Shown here in pieces: positions 39,193 to 47,199 of a stretch of 64,000 nt of DNA (the first letter of the stretch is position 1; each line of letters starts with the position of its first letter). The stretch is from an uncultured Gemmatimonadaceae bacterium (GTDB taxonomy: Bacteria; Gemmatimonadota; Gemmatimonadetes; Gemmatimonadales; Gemmatimonadaceae): the NCBI GenBank assembly GCA_963729495.1, contig CAVSOM010000013.1:7247-71246 (forward strand), read 5' to 3'. The notes below the pieces were generated by a model. The model searched no databases. It saw nothing but the letters and a program-made list of their open reading frames with translations, and was not told the origin of the DNA. The position numbers and the translations under genes are program-made.

Positions 39193-40196
39193 TCGGGACC
39201 CGCGTCAAGCCGCCGCGCCGGTGGCGCGTCGTCGGGGCCCTGGTCGTCGCGGCGTGGATGGCGCCGTCGCCCGCCGCCGCTCAGTCGGCGGCCCCCGTGC
39301 GGCTCGACCGCGGGCGCTTCACCGTGGTGGCGTACCCCGCAGACGCGACGCTCGCCCGGACGATTCTCGACGTCGCGCTCGCCCACGACACCTTTCCCGG
39401 TCTGCCGCGGCCGCGCGAGCACGTGCTCATCGCCATCGCCCCCGACGCGGCGCGGTTCCGCGAGTGGGCGGGGCCGGGCGCGCCGGAGTGGGGCGCGGCG
39501 CTCGCCTTTCCCGACCGCCGGCAGATCATATTGCAGGGGAGCCGTGCGGGCGCCGACGCGGGCGATCCGGTGGAGGTCGTGCGCCACGAACTGGCCCACC
39601 TGGCGCTGCACGAATACCTGGGCGACCTGGCGCCGCGCTGGTTCGACGAGGGGTACGCCAGTTTCTCGGCGCACGAGTTCACGGGCAGCGACGCCCTGGC
39701 CGCCAACCTGGCGCTCGCCATCCAGGGGGTGCCCACCCTCGACGGGCTCGAGGGATTCTTCGCCGGCGGGGCGACGACGGCGCGAGCCGGATACGCGCTC
39801 GCCGCGAGCGCGGTGTCGGATCTGGCGGCGCTCGACCCGTCGCGCGGGTTGAGCCGGGTGTTCGCGGCGTGGCGCGACACGGGTTCGCTCGACCAGGCGC
39901 TGCGCCGCGCGGACGGCACGACCCTCGACGCGTTCGAGGCCGAATGGCGGACGCGCGCGCGGCGCCGCTACGGCGCGCTGGCGCTGATGGAAGACCTGAC
40001 GCTGGTGGGGATCCTGCTCCTCGTCGTGATCGTTCCGCTCTGGCTGGCCCGCCGGCGGCGCGATCGCGCGCGGTTCGCCGCCCTCGTGGCGGCCGACGAC
40101 GCGGCCGATGCCGCGGCCCGCGAGAGCGCGCTGGCCGAGTTGCTTCGTCCGTGGCCGGCGGAGGACGAGCACGAATCCGACGCAGGGAGCCCGTAA
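39147..40196 (+). CDS. Exported, C-terminally membrane-anchored HExxH protein (Peptidase_MA_2-like)
   Basis: Part of ORF 38535..40196. Signal-like WRVVGALVVAAWMAPSPAAAQS. HELAHLALHEY...PRWFDEGYASF is the same motif spacing as in the 985-aa protein. C-terminal TM LTLVGILLLVVIVPLWLARRRR is followed by an acidic tail. The start is uncertain: GTG 39147 or ATG 39135, both overlapping the upstream gene. Confidence 0.55.
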   Translation: MRRGAADGGGGRGAVIGTRVKPPRRWRVVGALVVAAWMAPSPAAAQSAAPVRLDRGRFTVVAYPADATLARTILDVALAHDTFPGLPRPREHVLIAIAPDAARFREWAGPGAPEWGAALAFPDRRQIILQGSRAGADAGDPVEVVRHELAHLALHEYLGDLAPRWFDEGYASFSAHEFTGSDALAANLALAIQGVPTLDGLEGFFAGGATTARAGYALAASAVSDLAALDPSRGLSRVFAAWRDTGSLDQALRRADGTTLDAFEAEWRTRARRRYGALALMEDLTLVGILLLVVIVPLWLARRRRDRARFAALVAADDAADAAARESALAELLRPWPAEDEHESDAGSP

Positions 40197-40220
40197 CCGC
40201 AGACGCCTGTTTGCGTTCGC

Positions 40221-40249
40221 TTGACACCCCCGTGGGCGGTCCCTAGTCT
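40221..40249 (+). promoter_or_regulatory. Sigma70-like promoter candidate: TTGACA - 17 nt - TAGTCT
   Basis: ttgaca at 40221-40226, a 17-nt spacer, and tagtct at 40244-40249. An ATG follows at 40258, only 8 nt after the -10 element, which suggests a leaderless or near-leaderless mRNA. Confidence 0.35.
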
Positions 40250-40257
40250 TGTACTTT

Positions 40258-40428
40258 ATGGTAGAAACCGACGCCCCGACTCGTTCTCGCCCGTTGCTCT
40301 GGTGGGGAATCGCCTTCGTGACGCTCGCCGCCGGGTACGGCGACCTGGCACGCGGAGGCGACACGATCGCGCCCATTCTCCTCGTCGTCGGTTACTGCGT
40401 GCTGGTCCCGCTGGCCATCCTCAAATAG
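40258..40428 (+). CDS. Small membrane protein, 56 aa, hypothetical
   Basis: My own translation (below the ORF-track size cutoff): MVETDAPTRSRPLLWWGIAFVTLAAGYGDLARGGDTIAPILLVVGYCVLVPLAILK. Two hydrophobic helices, G/C-rich third positions, stop TAG at 40426-40428. Confidence 0.4.
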   Translation: MVETDAPTRSRPLLWWGIAFVTLAAGYGDLARGGDTIAPILLVVGYCVLVPLAILK

Positions 40429-40453
40429 ACCGCAGGGCGTCGGCGTTCTCGTA

Positions 40454-40527
40454 GGGCGAATAGCTCAGCTGGTTAGAGCGCCTGCCTTACACGCAGGATG
40501 TCGGGGGTTCGAGTCCCTCTTCGCCCA
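40454..40527 (+). tRNA. tRNA-Val (anticodon TAC)
   Basis: gggcgaa tagctcagctggttagagcg cctgc cttacac gcagg atgtc ggggg ttcgagt ccctc ttcgccc a. Cloverleaf with 7-bp acceptor stem, GG in the D loop, TTCGAGT T-loop and anticodon loop cTTACAc. CCA is not encoded. Confidence 0.9.
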
Positions 40528-40589
40528 TCGGCGTCGCAGGAATTACATTTGCTCGTTCGGAAGGATTCAATTAGGCGGAGGAGCCGACA

Positions 40590-42323
40590 GTGAAGGGAAT
40601 GCAGCGCCAAGTGGTGAGCCTGGGTCTGGCGATCGTGAGCGTCGCGCCGTCGGTCTCCGCGGCGCAGTACGGGTTCAACCCCAATCGTCAGCAGGGCCCG
40701 GACCGCAACACCCCGCATCTCCTTGTCGGCACGTGCCACGCCAAGCCGGCCAGCCTCGGTGTGACGGCCGCGGCCGCGCTCCGCGAGCGCATCCAGAGTG
40801 AAAACAACGTGCGGGATCTGTACGTCATCCCGAACAAGACCGTCAACGAGGCGCTGGTTGCCTCGGGCTACGCGCCCGATTCCGCGCTCAGCGAGCAGGA
40901 CCTCGGCGCTCTCGGCAAGATCGTGCGGGCCGACGAGATCCTGGATTGCGACGCGGCGCTCACGCCGGCCGGCGTGCGCGTGGGCGCCCGCCTGATGCTG
41001 GCCAGCGACATCACGCAGGCCCAGCCGCTCCCCGACGTGGATGCCAAGGATCCGTCCGGCGCCGCCGAGGCCGTGGAACGCAACCTGACGTCGGCGCGCA
41101 AGCAGATCCCCGGCAACGAGAAGTGCAAGAACGACCTGCGCGATGGCAAGCCGCAGAACGCCGTGGCCGACGCGTTGGACGCCATCAAACAGTACCCGCA
41201 GGCCACGCTGGCGCGCCTCTGCCTGGCCACCGCGTACGGCCCCGACTTCCTGAAGTACCCGCCCGACTCGGCGTTGGCGGTGACCAACGACATTCTCCGC
41301 ATCGATCCCGACAACCTGTTCGCGCTCGGGCTGGCCGTGGGCGGCTACAACGCCAAGGGCAATCAGGATTCCGTCATCGCGACGATGCTCCGCATGTACA
41401 AGCTCGAGCCGCAGGATCAGTCGCTGGCCAACCGCATCATCGAGCTGCTTGGCGCCAGCGATCCGGCCAAGGCGCTCCCGATTCTCGAAGACATGTTGAA
41501 GCAGAATCCGGGCGATCCCCACATGCTCGAGCAGAAATGGAAGCTGCTCGCGGCCGTGGGCAACCTGAAGGAGGCGCTAGCCACCGGGGAGATGATGGCG
41601 CGCGTGGACAGCACGCTCGCCGACAGCAACTACTTCCATCGCCAGATCGCCATGGCGACCACCGACAGCAACTGGGCCAAGGTGGCCGAGTACGCCGGGG
41701 CGGCGGAAAAGAAGTTCCCGCGGAATCCGCAGTTCCCGTTCCTGCAGGGCGTGGCGCTGCGCAATACGAACCAGCTGCCGGCCGCCGCGGCCGCGTTCCG
41801 CCGGGCGCTGGACGCCGATCCCAAGGACTCCACGGCGCGCCTGTACCTGGGGCAGACGTTCTCCGACCTGCATCAGACGGACAGCGTGGTGGCGATCGCC
41901 GACGCGGCCATCGCCGCCGGCGGGAGCAAGGCCACCTGGGGGCCGATGCTGATCGCGCCGGCGCAGGACGCGTTCACAGTGGCACAGGGCGACTCCACGC
42001 ACGCCCTCGAGAACTTCGAGAAGGCGTATCGCTACGCGATGCACGCCGACAGCGTGGCCCCGTCGAAGTACACCAAGTTCTTCGCGGCGGTATCCGCGTT
42101 CCAGATCGGCACCGACGCCTACACCAAGGCTGCCGCGCTCCAGAAGACGCCCGAGAAGGCGTGCCCGCTGGCCAGGCAGGCGGACGACCTGTTCACGAAT
42201 GCGCAGCTCTTCCTGCCGGAAGGCGGCGCCGTGTCGCCGGAAACCGCCTCGCGGATTCTGCAGTACCTCCCGCAACTCTCCGACGCCACCACCAAGATGG
42301 TGAAGGCCTTCTGCAAGAAGTGA
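40590..42323 (+). CDS. Secreted helical-repeat (TPR-like) protein, 577 aa
   Basis: ORF 40590..42323, GTG start with GGAGGAG 7 nt upstream. Signal peptide VVSLGLAIVSVAPSVSAAQ. TPR-like helices (..LPAAAAAFRRALDADPKDSTARLYLGQTF..). Noticeably richer in K/N/Q than its neighbours. Confidence 0.7.
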   Translation: MKGMQRQVVSLGLAIVSVAPSVSAAQYGFNPNRQQGPDRNTPHLLVGTCHAKPASLGVTAAAALRERIQSENNVRDLYVIPNKTVNEALVASGYAPDSALSEQDLGALGKIVRADEILDCDAALTPAGVRVGARLMLASDITQAQPLPDVDAKDPSGAAEAVERNLTSARKQIPGNEKCKNDLRDGKPQNAVADALDAIKQYPQATLARLCLATAYGPDFLKYPPDSALAVTNDILRIDPDNLFALGLAVGGYNAKGNQDSVIATMLRMYKLEPQDQSLANRIIELLGASDPAKALPILEDMLKQNPGDPHMLEQKWKLLAAVGNLKEALATGEMMARVDSTLADSNYFHRQIAMATTDSNWAKVAEYAGAAEKKFPRNPQFPFLQGVALRNTNQLPAAAAAFRRALDADPKDSTARLYLGQTFSDLHQTDSVVAIADAAIAAGGSKATWGPMLIAPAQDAFTVAQGDSTHALENFEKAYRYAMHADSVAPSKYTKFFAAVSAFQIGTDAYTKAAALQKTPEKACPLARQADDLFTNAQLFLPEGGAVSPETASRILQYLPQLSDATTKMVKAFCKK

Positions 42324-42350
42324 CGGCGGGGGCAGGCTCCCCGAGTTGAC

Positions 42351-42386
42351 GACGAAGCCCGCCGGCGCCCGCCGGCGGGCTTCGTC
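42351..42386 (+). terminator. Perfect GC-rich hairpin downstream of the 577-aa gene (intrinsic-terminator-like)
   Basis: gacgaagcccgccgg cgcc ccggcgggcttcgtc: a 15-16 bp perfect inverted repeat starting 27 nt after the stop. The trailing sequence gcttgtgg is only weakly U-rich. Confidence 0.55.
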
Positions 42387-42424
42387 GCTTGTGGGCCGCG
42401 CCCGCCCCGTGTTGCTTTCAGCGC

Positions 42425-43402
42425 GTGCCGTCCGACGCCGATCCGTCCGAGTCCCGCGTGACCGTCCCCGATCCACTCCCGGCGGACTGGGCCAGCGCGT
42501 ACCACGCCCCGGTCTTGGCGGCGGAGGTGGTGGCGCTGCTCGGCGCCGCGCCGCGCGTGCTCGACGGCACGCTCGGGGGGGGAGGGCACACCGAAGCGCT
42601 GCTCCACGCGGGGGCCCGCGTCACCGCCGTGGATCGCGATCCCGACGCCATCGCCGAGGCCGCCGAGCGCCTGGCGCCGTTCGTGCGCCGGGGACGGTTG
42701 CGCCTCGTGCTCGGCAACTACGCCACGCTCGACGACGCGGTGCTCGACGGCCAGCGGTTCGACGGCATCCTTCTCGACCTCGGCATCTCCTCGCACCAGA
42801 TCGACGCCACGGCGCGCGGATTCAGCTTTCGCGAGGGCGCCCCGCTGGACATGCGCATGGGGCCCGACGCCGCGCGCACGGCGGCGGAGTTCCTCAACGC
42901 CGCCGACGAGGGCGAACTGGCCTGGGTGTTCCGCGAATACGGCGACGAGCGGCGTGCCATCCGCCTCGCCCGCGAGGTCGCCCGCCGCCGCGCCACCCGC
43001 GCGTTCGCGACGAGCGACGATTTCGTCGGCGCCATTCGGGCCACGCTCGGCCCGCGCAGCGGGCCGGCCGAGTTCGCCCGCCTGTTCCAGGCCGTGCGCA
43101 TCGCGATCAACGAGGAACTGGGCGGACTGGAGCGCGCCCTCCCCGCGCTGCGCGACCGGCTCGACCCGGGCGGGGCGTTCGTCGTGATCTCCTACCACTC
43201 CGGCGAGGACCGGATCGTGAAGCGCACCTTCCGGGACTGGAGCACCGTGTGCACCTGCCCGCCGCGCCAACCCGTATGCACGTGCGGCGGCCGGTCGCTC
43301 GGCACGCTGCTCACCAAGCGGGGCGTGCGCCCCGGGGCGGCCGAACTGGCCGCCAACCCTCGCTCGCGTAGCGCGCGGCTCCGGGCATGGCGCGCCGCGT
43401 GA
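42425..43402 (+). CDS. rsmH: 16S rRNA (cytosine1402-N4)-methyltransferase RsmH (MraW)
   Basis: ORF 42389..43402 with motifs HAPVLAAEV, GTLGGGGHT, DLGISSHQ and SYHSGEDR. The annotated TTG 42389 lies in the terminator tail, so GTG 42425 (or GTG 42458) is preferred. Confidence 0.85.
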   Translation: MPSDADPSESRVTVPDPLPADWASAYHAPVLAAEVVALLGAAPRVLDGTLGGGGHTEALLHAGARVTAVDRDPDAIAEAAERLAPFVRRGRLRLVLGNYATLDDAVLDGQRFDGILLDLGISSHQIDATARGFSFREGAPLDMRMGPDAARTAAEFLNAADEGELAWVFREYGDERRAIRLAREVARRRATRAFATSDDFVGAIRATLGPRSGPAEFARLFQAVRIAINEELGGLERALPALRDRLDPGGAFVVISYHSGEDRIVKRTFRDWSTVCTCPPRQPVCTCGGRSLGTLLTKRGVRPGAAELAANPRSRSARLRAWRAA

Positions 43403-43695
43403 GCCGGCGGTGGACGCCGCGCGCCGTGATCGCCGCGGTGCTCCTCGGTTTCGTTTTGGTGGCCACGGGCGTCATTGCACGGAGGAGCTACGGCATTCGC
43501 CAGCAGCGCGCCATCCGCGACCTCGAGCGGCAGCGCGACGCCCTCGAGGCGGAACGCGTCCGGCTCACCGGCGAGATCCGCGACTCGTCGAGTCTCACGC
43601 GGCTGGCCCCGATTCTGCAGCGCATGAACATGCACATTCCCGCCGATAGTATGGTCGTCAACCTGCCGCGTCCGCGGGCGCATGATCCGGAATAG
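43387..43695 (+). CDS. ftsL: FtsL-like cell-division protein (single TM + coiled coil)
   Basis: ORF 43387..43695. Basic N-terminus, TM AVIAAVLLGFVLVATGVI, then heptad-like RQQRAIRDLERQRDALEAERVRLTGEI. It sits in the canonical position between rsmH and ftsI. Confidence 0.65.
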   Translation: MARRVSRRWTPRAVIAAVLLGFVLVATGVIARRSYGIRQQRAIRDLERQRDALEAERVRLTGEIRDSSSLTRLAPILQRMNMHIPADSMVVNLPRPRAHDPE

Positions 43696-45724
43696 CCGCG
43701 TCGGCGTCATCCACTTCACGCTCGCGCTGTTCGCGGTGGCCGTGATCGCCAAGTCGGCCAAGGTGCAGCTGGTGGACGGCCGGGCGTGGGCCGCGCAGGC
43801 GCGCAACCAGCACTTCCAGAGCCGCGACGTGCCGGCCCTGCGCGGCGACATCCTCGACGCGGCGGGGCGCACGCTGGCCGAGAGCCGCGACATGGTAGCC
43901 CTGGGCGTCAATCCGCGCGAACTCCGCGATCCGCGCGCCGCGGCCAACGCCCTGCGCCGCGCCGGCGTGGACGCGAAGTGGATCGCGCGCGCCACCGACA
44001 CGACGCGAAAGTGGGCGCCGATCCCCGCGCAGTTCCGGGCCACCGACGTCGCGGCGCTCACCGCCATGCGCGGCGTGTACGCCGACCCGGTGGTCGACCG
44101 CGTCTATCCGGGGTCGGATGCCGCCCGCCGGATCGTGGGGCGGGTGGACGCCGACGGGCAGCCGCTGGACGGCATCGAGCTGGCGCTCGACAGCCTGCTG
44201 CGCGGGCGCGACGGCTCGGCGGCCACGGTGCGCGACGGGCTCGGCCACAGCTTCGCCTCGCCGACCGCGCCCGGCGTGGCGCCCCGCGAAGGCAACACGG
44301 TGGTGCTGACACTCAATGCCGATCTCCAGCAGATCGCCGAGCGGTCGCTCGACGACGCGGTGTCGAAGATGGGCGCCGAGGGCGGCGACATCGTCATCCT
44401 CGACCCGCGCACGGGCGACGTGCTGGCCATGGCCAGCCGCCGCCAGAATCCGCTGTCCACCTCGGCCACGGCGCTCACCGAGCCGTTCGAGCCGGGGTCG
44501 ACCATGAAGCCGCTCATCGCCGCCTCGCTGCTCACTCACGGACTGGTGCGGCCCACCGATTCGGTGCCCACCTTCGGCGGCCAGCTCACGATCAACGGGC
44601 GCACCGTGCACGACGATCGCGAGGAGGGTCCCGAGCCCGGGTACCTGGCGCTCCCCGACGTCATCCGGCGGTCGAGCAACGTGGGCATCGTGCAGTTCGC
44701 GGAGCGCCTGACGCCGGGCCAGGAGTATCAGGCGCTCCGCGACTTCGGCTTCGGCACGCCGACCGGCGTGGCCTATCCCTCGGAGTCGCCCGGCATCCTG
44801 CGGCCGCCCCGGGACTGGTCGTCGCAGTCGGCGAACTCGATGGCCATGGGCTACGAGATCGCGGTGACCCCGCTGCAGTTGGCGACCGCCTACGCGGCGA
44901 TCGCCAACGGGGGCGAATTGCTGCAGCCGGCGCTCGTGCAGGAGGTCAGGACGCCCGACGGCCGCGTGCTGTACGCGCACACCCGCCAGGTGGTGCGGCG
45001 CGTGATGCCGCCCGCCGTGGCCGCCGACCTGCGGCAGATGCTGCTCGGCGTGGTGGCCGAAGGGACGGCGGTGCAGGCCGACCTCGCCACCTACCTCCTG
45101 GGCGGCAAGACCGGCACGCCGCGCCGCACGGAGAACGGCCGCTACGCCCCGCACGCGTACACGCCCAACTTCGTGGGGCTGTTTCCCGGCAACGCCCCGC
45201 AGTTCGTGATCGTGGTCAAGCTCGACGATCCGAAGGCCGCCTACTACAGCGCCAGCACGGCGGCGCCGCTCACGAAGACCATTCTCCAGGCAGCGCTGGC
45301 GGCGCGCGACGCCGCGTTGAACCGCACCCAACTGATGCACGACGTGGTGTCGCGGTCGCCCGACGCGGCCGCGCCCGACGGCCGCCCGAGCGTGACGCTG
45401 GGGGCGCGGGCCGGCGACTCGACGGCGGCGGCCGTGGGCGCGGAATCGACCGCCGCGCGCGCGGCCGCCGCGGCGGCGTTCGCCGCGGCGCCCCCCGCGG
45501 TCACGATCGCGCTTCCCGCGCCGAGCGCCGCTCCCCCGTCCGCCGCCGCTCCGCCGCGGGCGGTGCCGGCAGTGGCCGGGCTGCCGCTGCGCGACGCGGT
45601 GCGCGCGCTGCACGAGGCGGGATTCCGGGTGGAGCTGGTGGCCGGCGGCCCGCCGGCCACGACGCCGGCGGCCGGCGCTCTGGCCGCGCCCGGCGCGGTC
45701 GTGCGGCTTCGCTACGACTATTAG
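43682..45724 (+). CDS. ftsI: Division transpeptidase FtsI (class B PBP) with C-terminal PASTA-like domain
   Basis: ORF 43682..45724. TM anchor, dimerisation domain, SxxK (GSTMKP), SSN and KTGT. An Ala-rich linker leads to VPAVAGLPLRDAVRALHEAGFRVELVAGG...VVRLRY. Confidence 0.9.
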   Translation: MIRNSRVGVIHFTLALFAVAVIAKSAKVQLVDGRAWAAQARNQHFQSRDVPALRGDILDAAGRTLAESRDMVALGVNPRELRDPRAAANALRRAGVDAKWIARATDTTRKWAPIPAQFRATDVAALTAMRGVYADPVVDRVYPGSDAARRIVGRVDADGQPLDGIELALDSLLRGRDGSAATVRDGLGHSFASPTAPGVAPREGNTVVLTLNADLQQIAERSLDDAVSKMGAEGGDIVILDPRTGDVLAMASRRQNPLSTSATALTEPFEPGSTMKPLIAASLLTHGLVRPTDSVPTFGGQLTINGRTVHDDREEGPEPGYLALPDVIRRSSNVGIVQFAERLTPGQEYQALRDFGFGTPTGVAYPSESPGILRPPRDWSSQSANSMAMGYEIAVTPLQLATAYAAIANGGELLQPALVQEVRTPDGRVLYAHTRQVVRRVMPPAVAADLRQMLLGVVAEGTAVQADLATYLLGGKTGTPRRTENGRYAPHAYTPNFVGLFPGNAPQFVIVVKLDDPKAAYYSASTAAPLTKTILQAALAARDAALNRTQLMHDVVSRSPDAAAPDGRPSVTLGARAGDSTAAAVGAESTAARAAAAAAFAAAPPAVTIALPAPSAAPPSAAAPPRAVPAVAGLPLRDAVRALHEAGFRVELVAGGPPATTPAAGALAAPGAVVRLRYDY

Positions 45725-45727
45725 TCA

Positions 45728-47199
45728 ATGCAAATAGCCACGGACGTGCTCGTTCACGCGCTGCGCCAGGCCGGGCTGCTGGCCGGCACGCGTGGGCACC
45801 TGCCGGCCGTGCTCGCCGACGTCACCGACGACAGCCGGCGCGTGGTGCGCGGGGGGCTGTTCATCGCGGTGCGCGGCTGGGCCCGCGACGGCCACGATTT
45901 TCTGGACGGAGCGCTGGCCGCGGGCGCCGCCGCGGCGCTGGTGGAGGACGCCACCCGCGGCGCGCTGCCGGCCATCGTCGTGCGCGACGGACGGCGGGCG
46001 GCGGCCATCGTCGCGGCGGCGGCCTACGGGTGGCCGGCGCGCGGCCTGCGCACGATCGGCGTCACGGGCACCAACGGCAAGACGACCACGGTCCACATGC
46101 TCCGCCACCTGCTCGACGACGGCGCGGCGCGGAGCGCGTCGATCGGCACGCTCGGCGTGCTCGTGGGCAGCGGCGGCACGCCGCTCCCGGGCGGGGCGGG
46201 GCTCACCACCCCGGGGCCGGTGGAACTCCAGCGCGTCTTCCGCGCCCTCGCCGACGCCGGCGCCCGCACCGTGGCGATCGAGATGTCGTCCCATGCGCTC
46301 CACCAGCACCGCGCCGAGGGGGTGGCGTTCGACGCCGCCGTGTTCACCAACCTCACGCGCGACCACCTGGATTACCACGGCACGATGGAGGACTACCTGG
46401 CGGCGAAGGCGCTGCTCGCCGACCAGGTGGCGCCCGACGGCGCGCTGGTCGTGAACGCCGACGACGCGGCGTGGGGCGCGCTGCCGGCGCGCGGCCGGCG
46501 CGTGCGCTTCGGGGTGGCGTCGCGCGACGCCGACGTGCGCGCCGTCGACGTCGCGCCGGGTCCGCAGGGGAGCGCGTTCACTCTCGTCGTCGCGGGCGCC
46601 GCCGAGCGCCCCCGCGTAAGCCTGCCGTTGATCGGCGACTTCAACATCGCCAACGCGCTCGGCGCAGCGGCCGCCGCGTGGGCGCTGGGCGAGGCGCCGG
46701 CGCGCATCGGCGAGCGGCTGTCGTCCATGCCGCAGGTGCCCGGCCGCCTGGAGCCGCTGGCCGAGCATCCCACCGTGCTCCGCGACTACAGCCACACGCC
46801 CGACGCGTTGGAACGGGCCCTCGACGCCCTGCGGCCGTTCACCCGCGGGCGGCTGATCTGCGTGTTCGGCGCGGGCGGTGAACGGGATCGCGGCAAGCGT
46901 CCCAGATGGGCGCCGTGGTGGCCGCGAAGGCCGACGTCATCGTCGTGACCAGCGACAATCCGCGCAGCGAGGATCCCGAACGGATCATCGACGACGTCGT
47001 GGCCGGAATCGCCCCTGCCGACTACGTTCGCATGGCGGACCGGCGCGCGGCGATCGAGCGGGCGCTCGCGCTGGCCGGCGCCGACGACGTCGTGCTGCTC
47101 GCGGGCAAGGGCCACGAGACCTACCAGGTGATCGGCACCACCCACGTCCCATTCGACGAGCGGGCGATCGTGCGCGAACTGCGGGGATCGGCGGCATGA
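45728..47199 (+). CDS. murE: UDP-MurNAc-L-Ala-D-Glu:meso-DAP ligase MurE (frame broken at C-run 46901-46903 as sequenced)
   Basis: ORF 45728..46948 (GVTGTNGKTTT ... GAGGERDRGKRP) joins ORF 46906..47199 (QMGAVVAAKADVIVVTSDNPRSEDP...GKGHE). Confidence 0.9.

Noticed and set aside
40221-40454. 77-aa plus-strand ORF upstream of tRNA-Val
   Set aside because: It is Arg-rich nonsense that would begin inside the -35 hexamer and end at the first base of the tRNA. The alternative 56-aa frame (40258..40428) looks far more protein-like.
42389-42424. TTG 42389 as the rsmH start
   Set aside because: It lies in the 3-prime tail of the upstream terminator hairpin. GTG 42425 or 42458 gives a normal-length N-terminus before the HAPVL motif.
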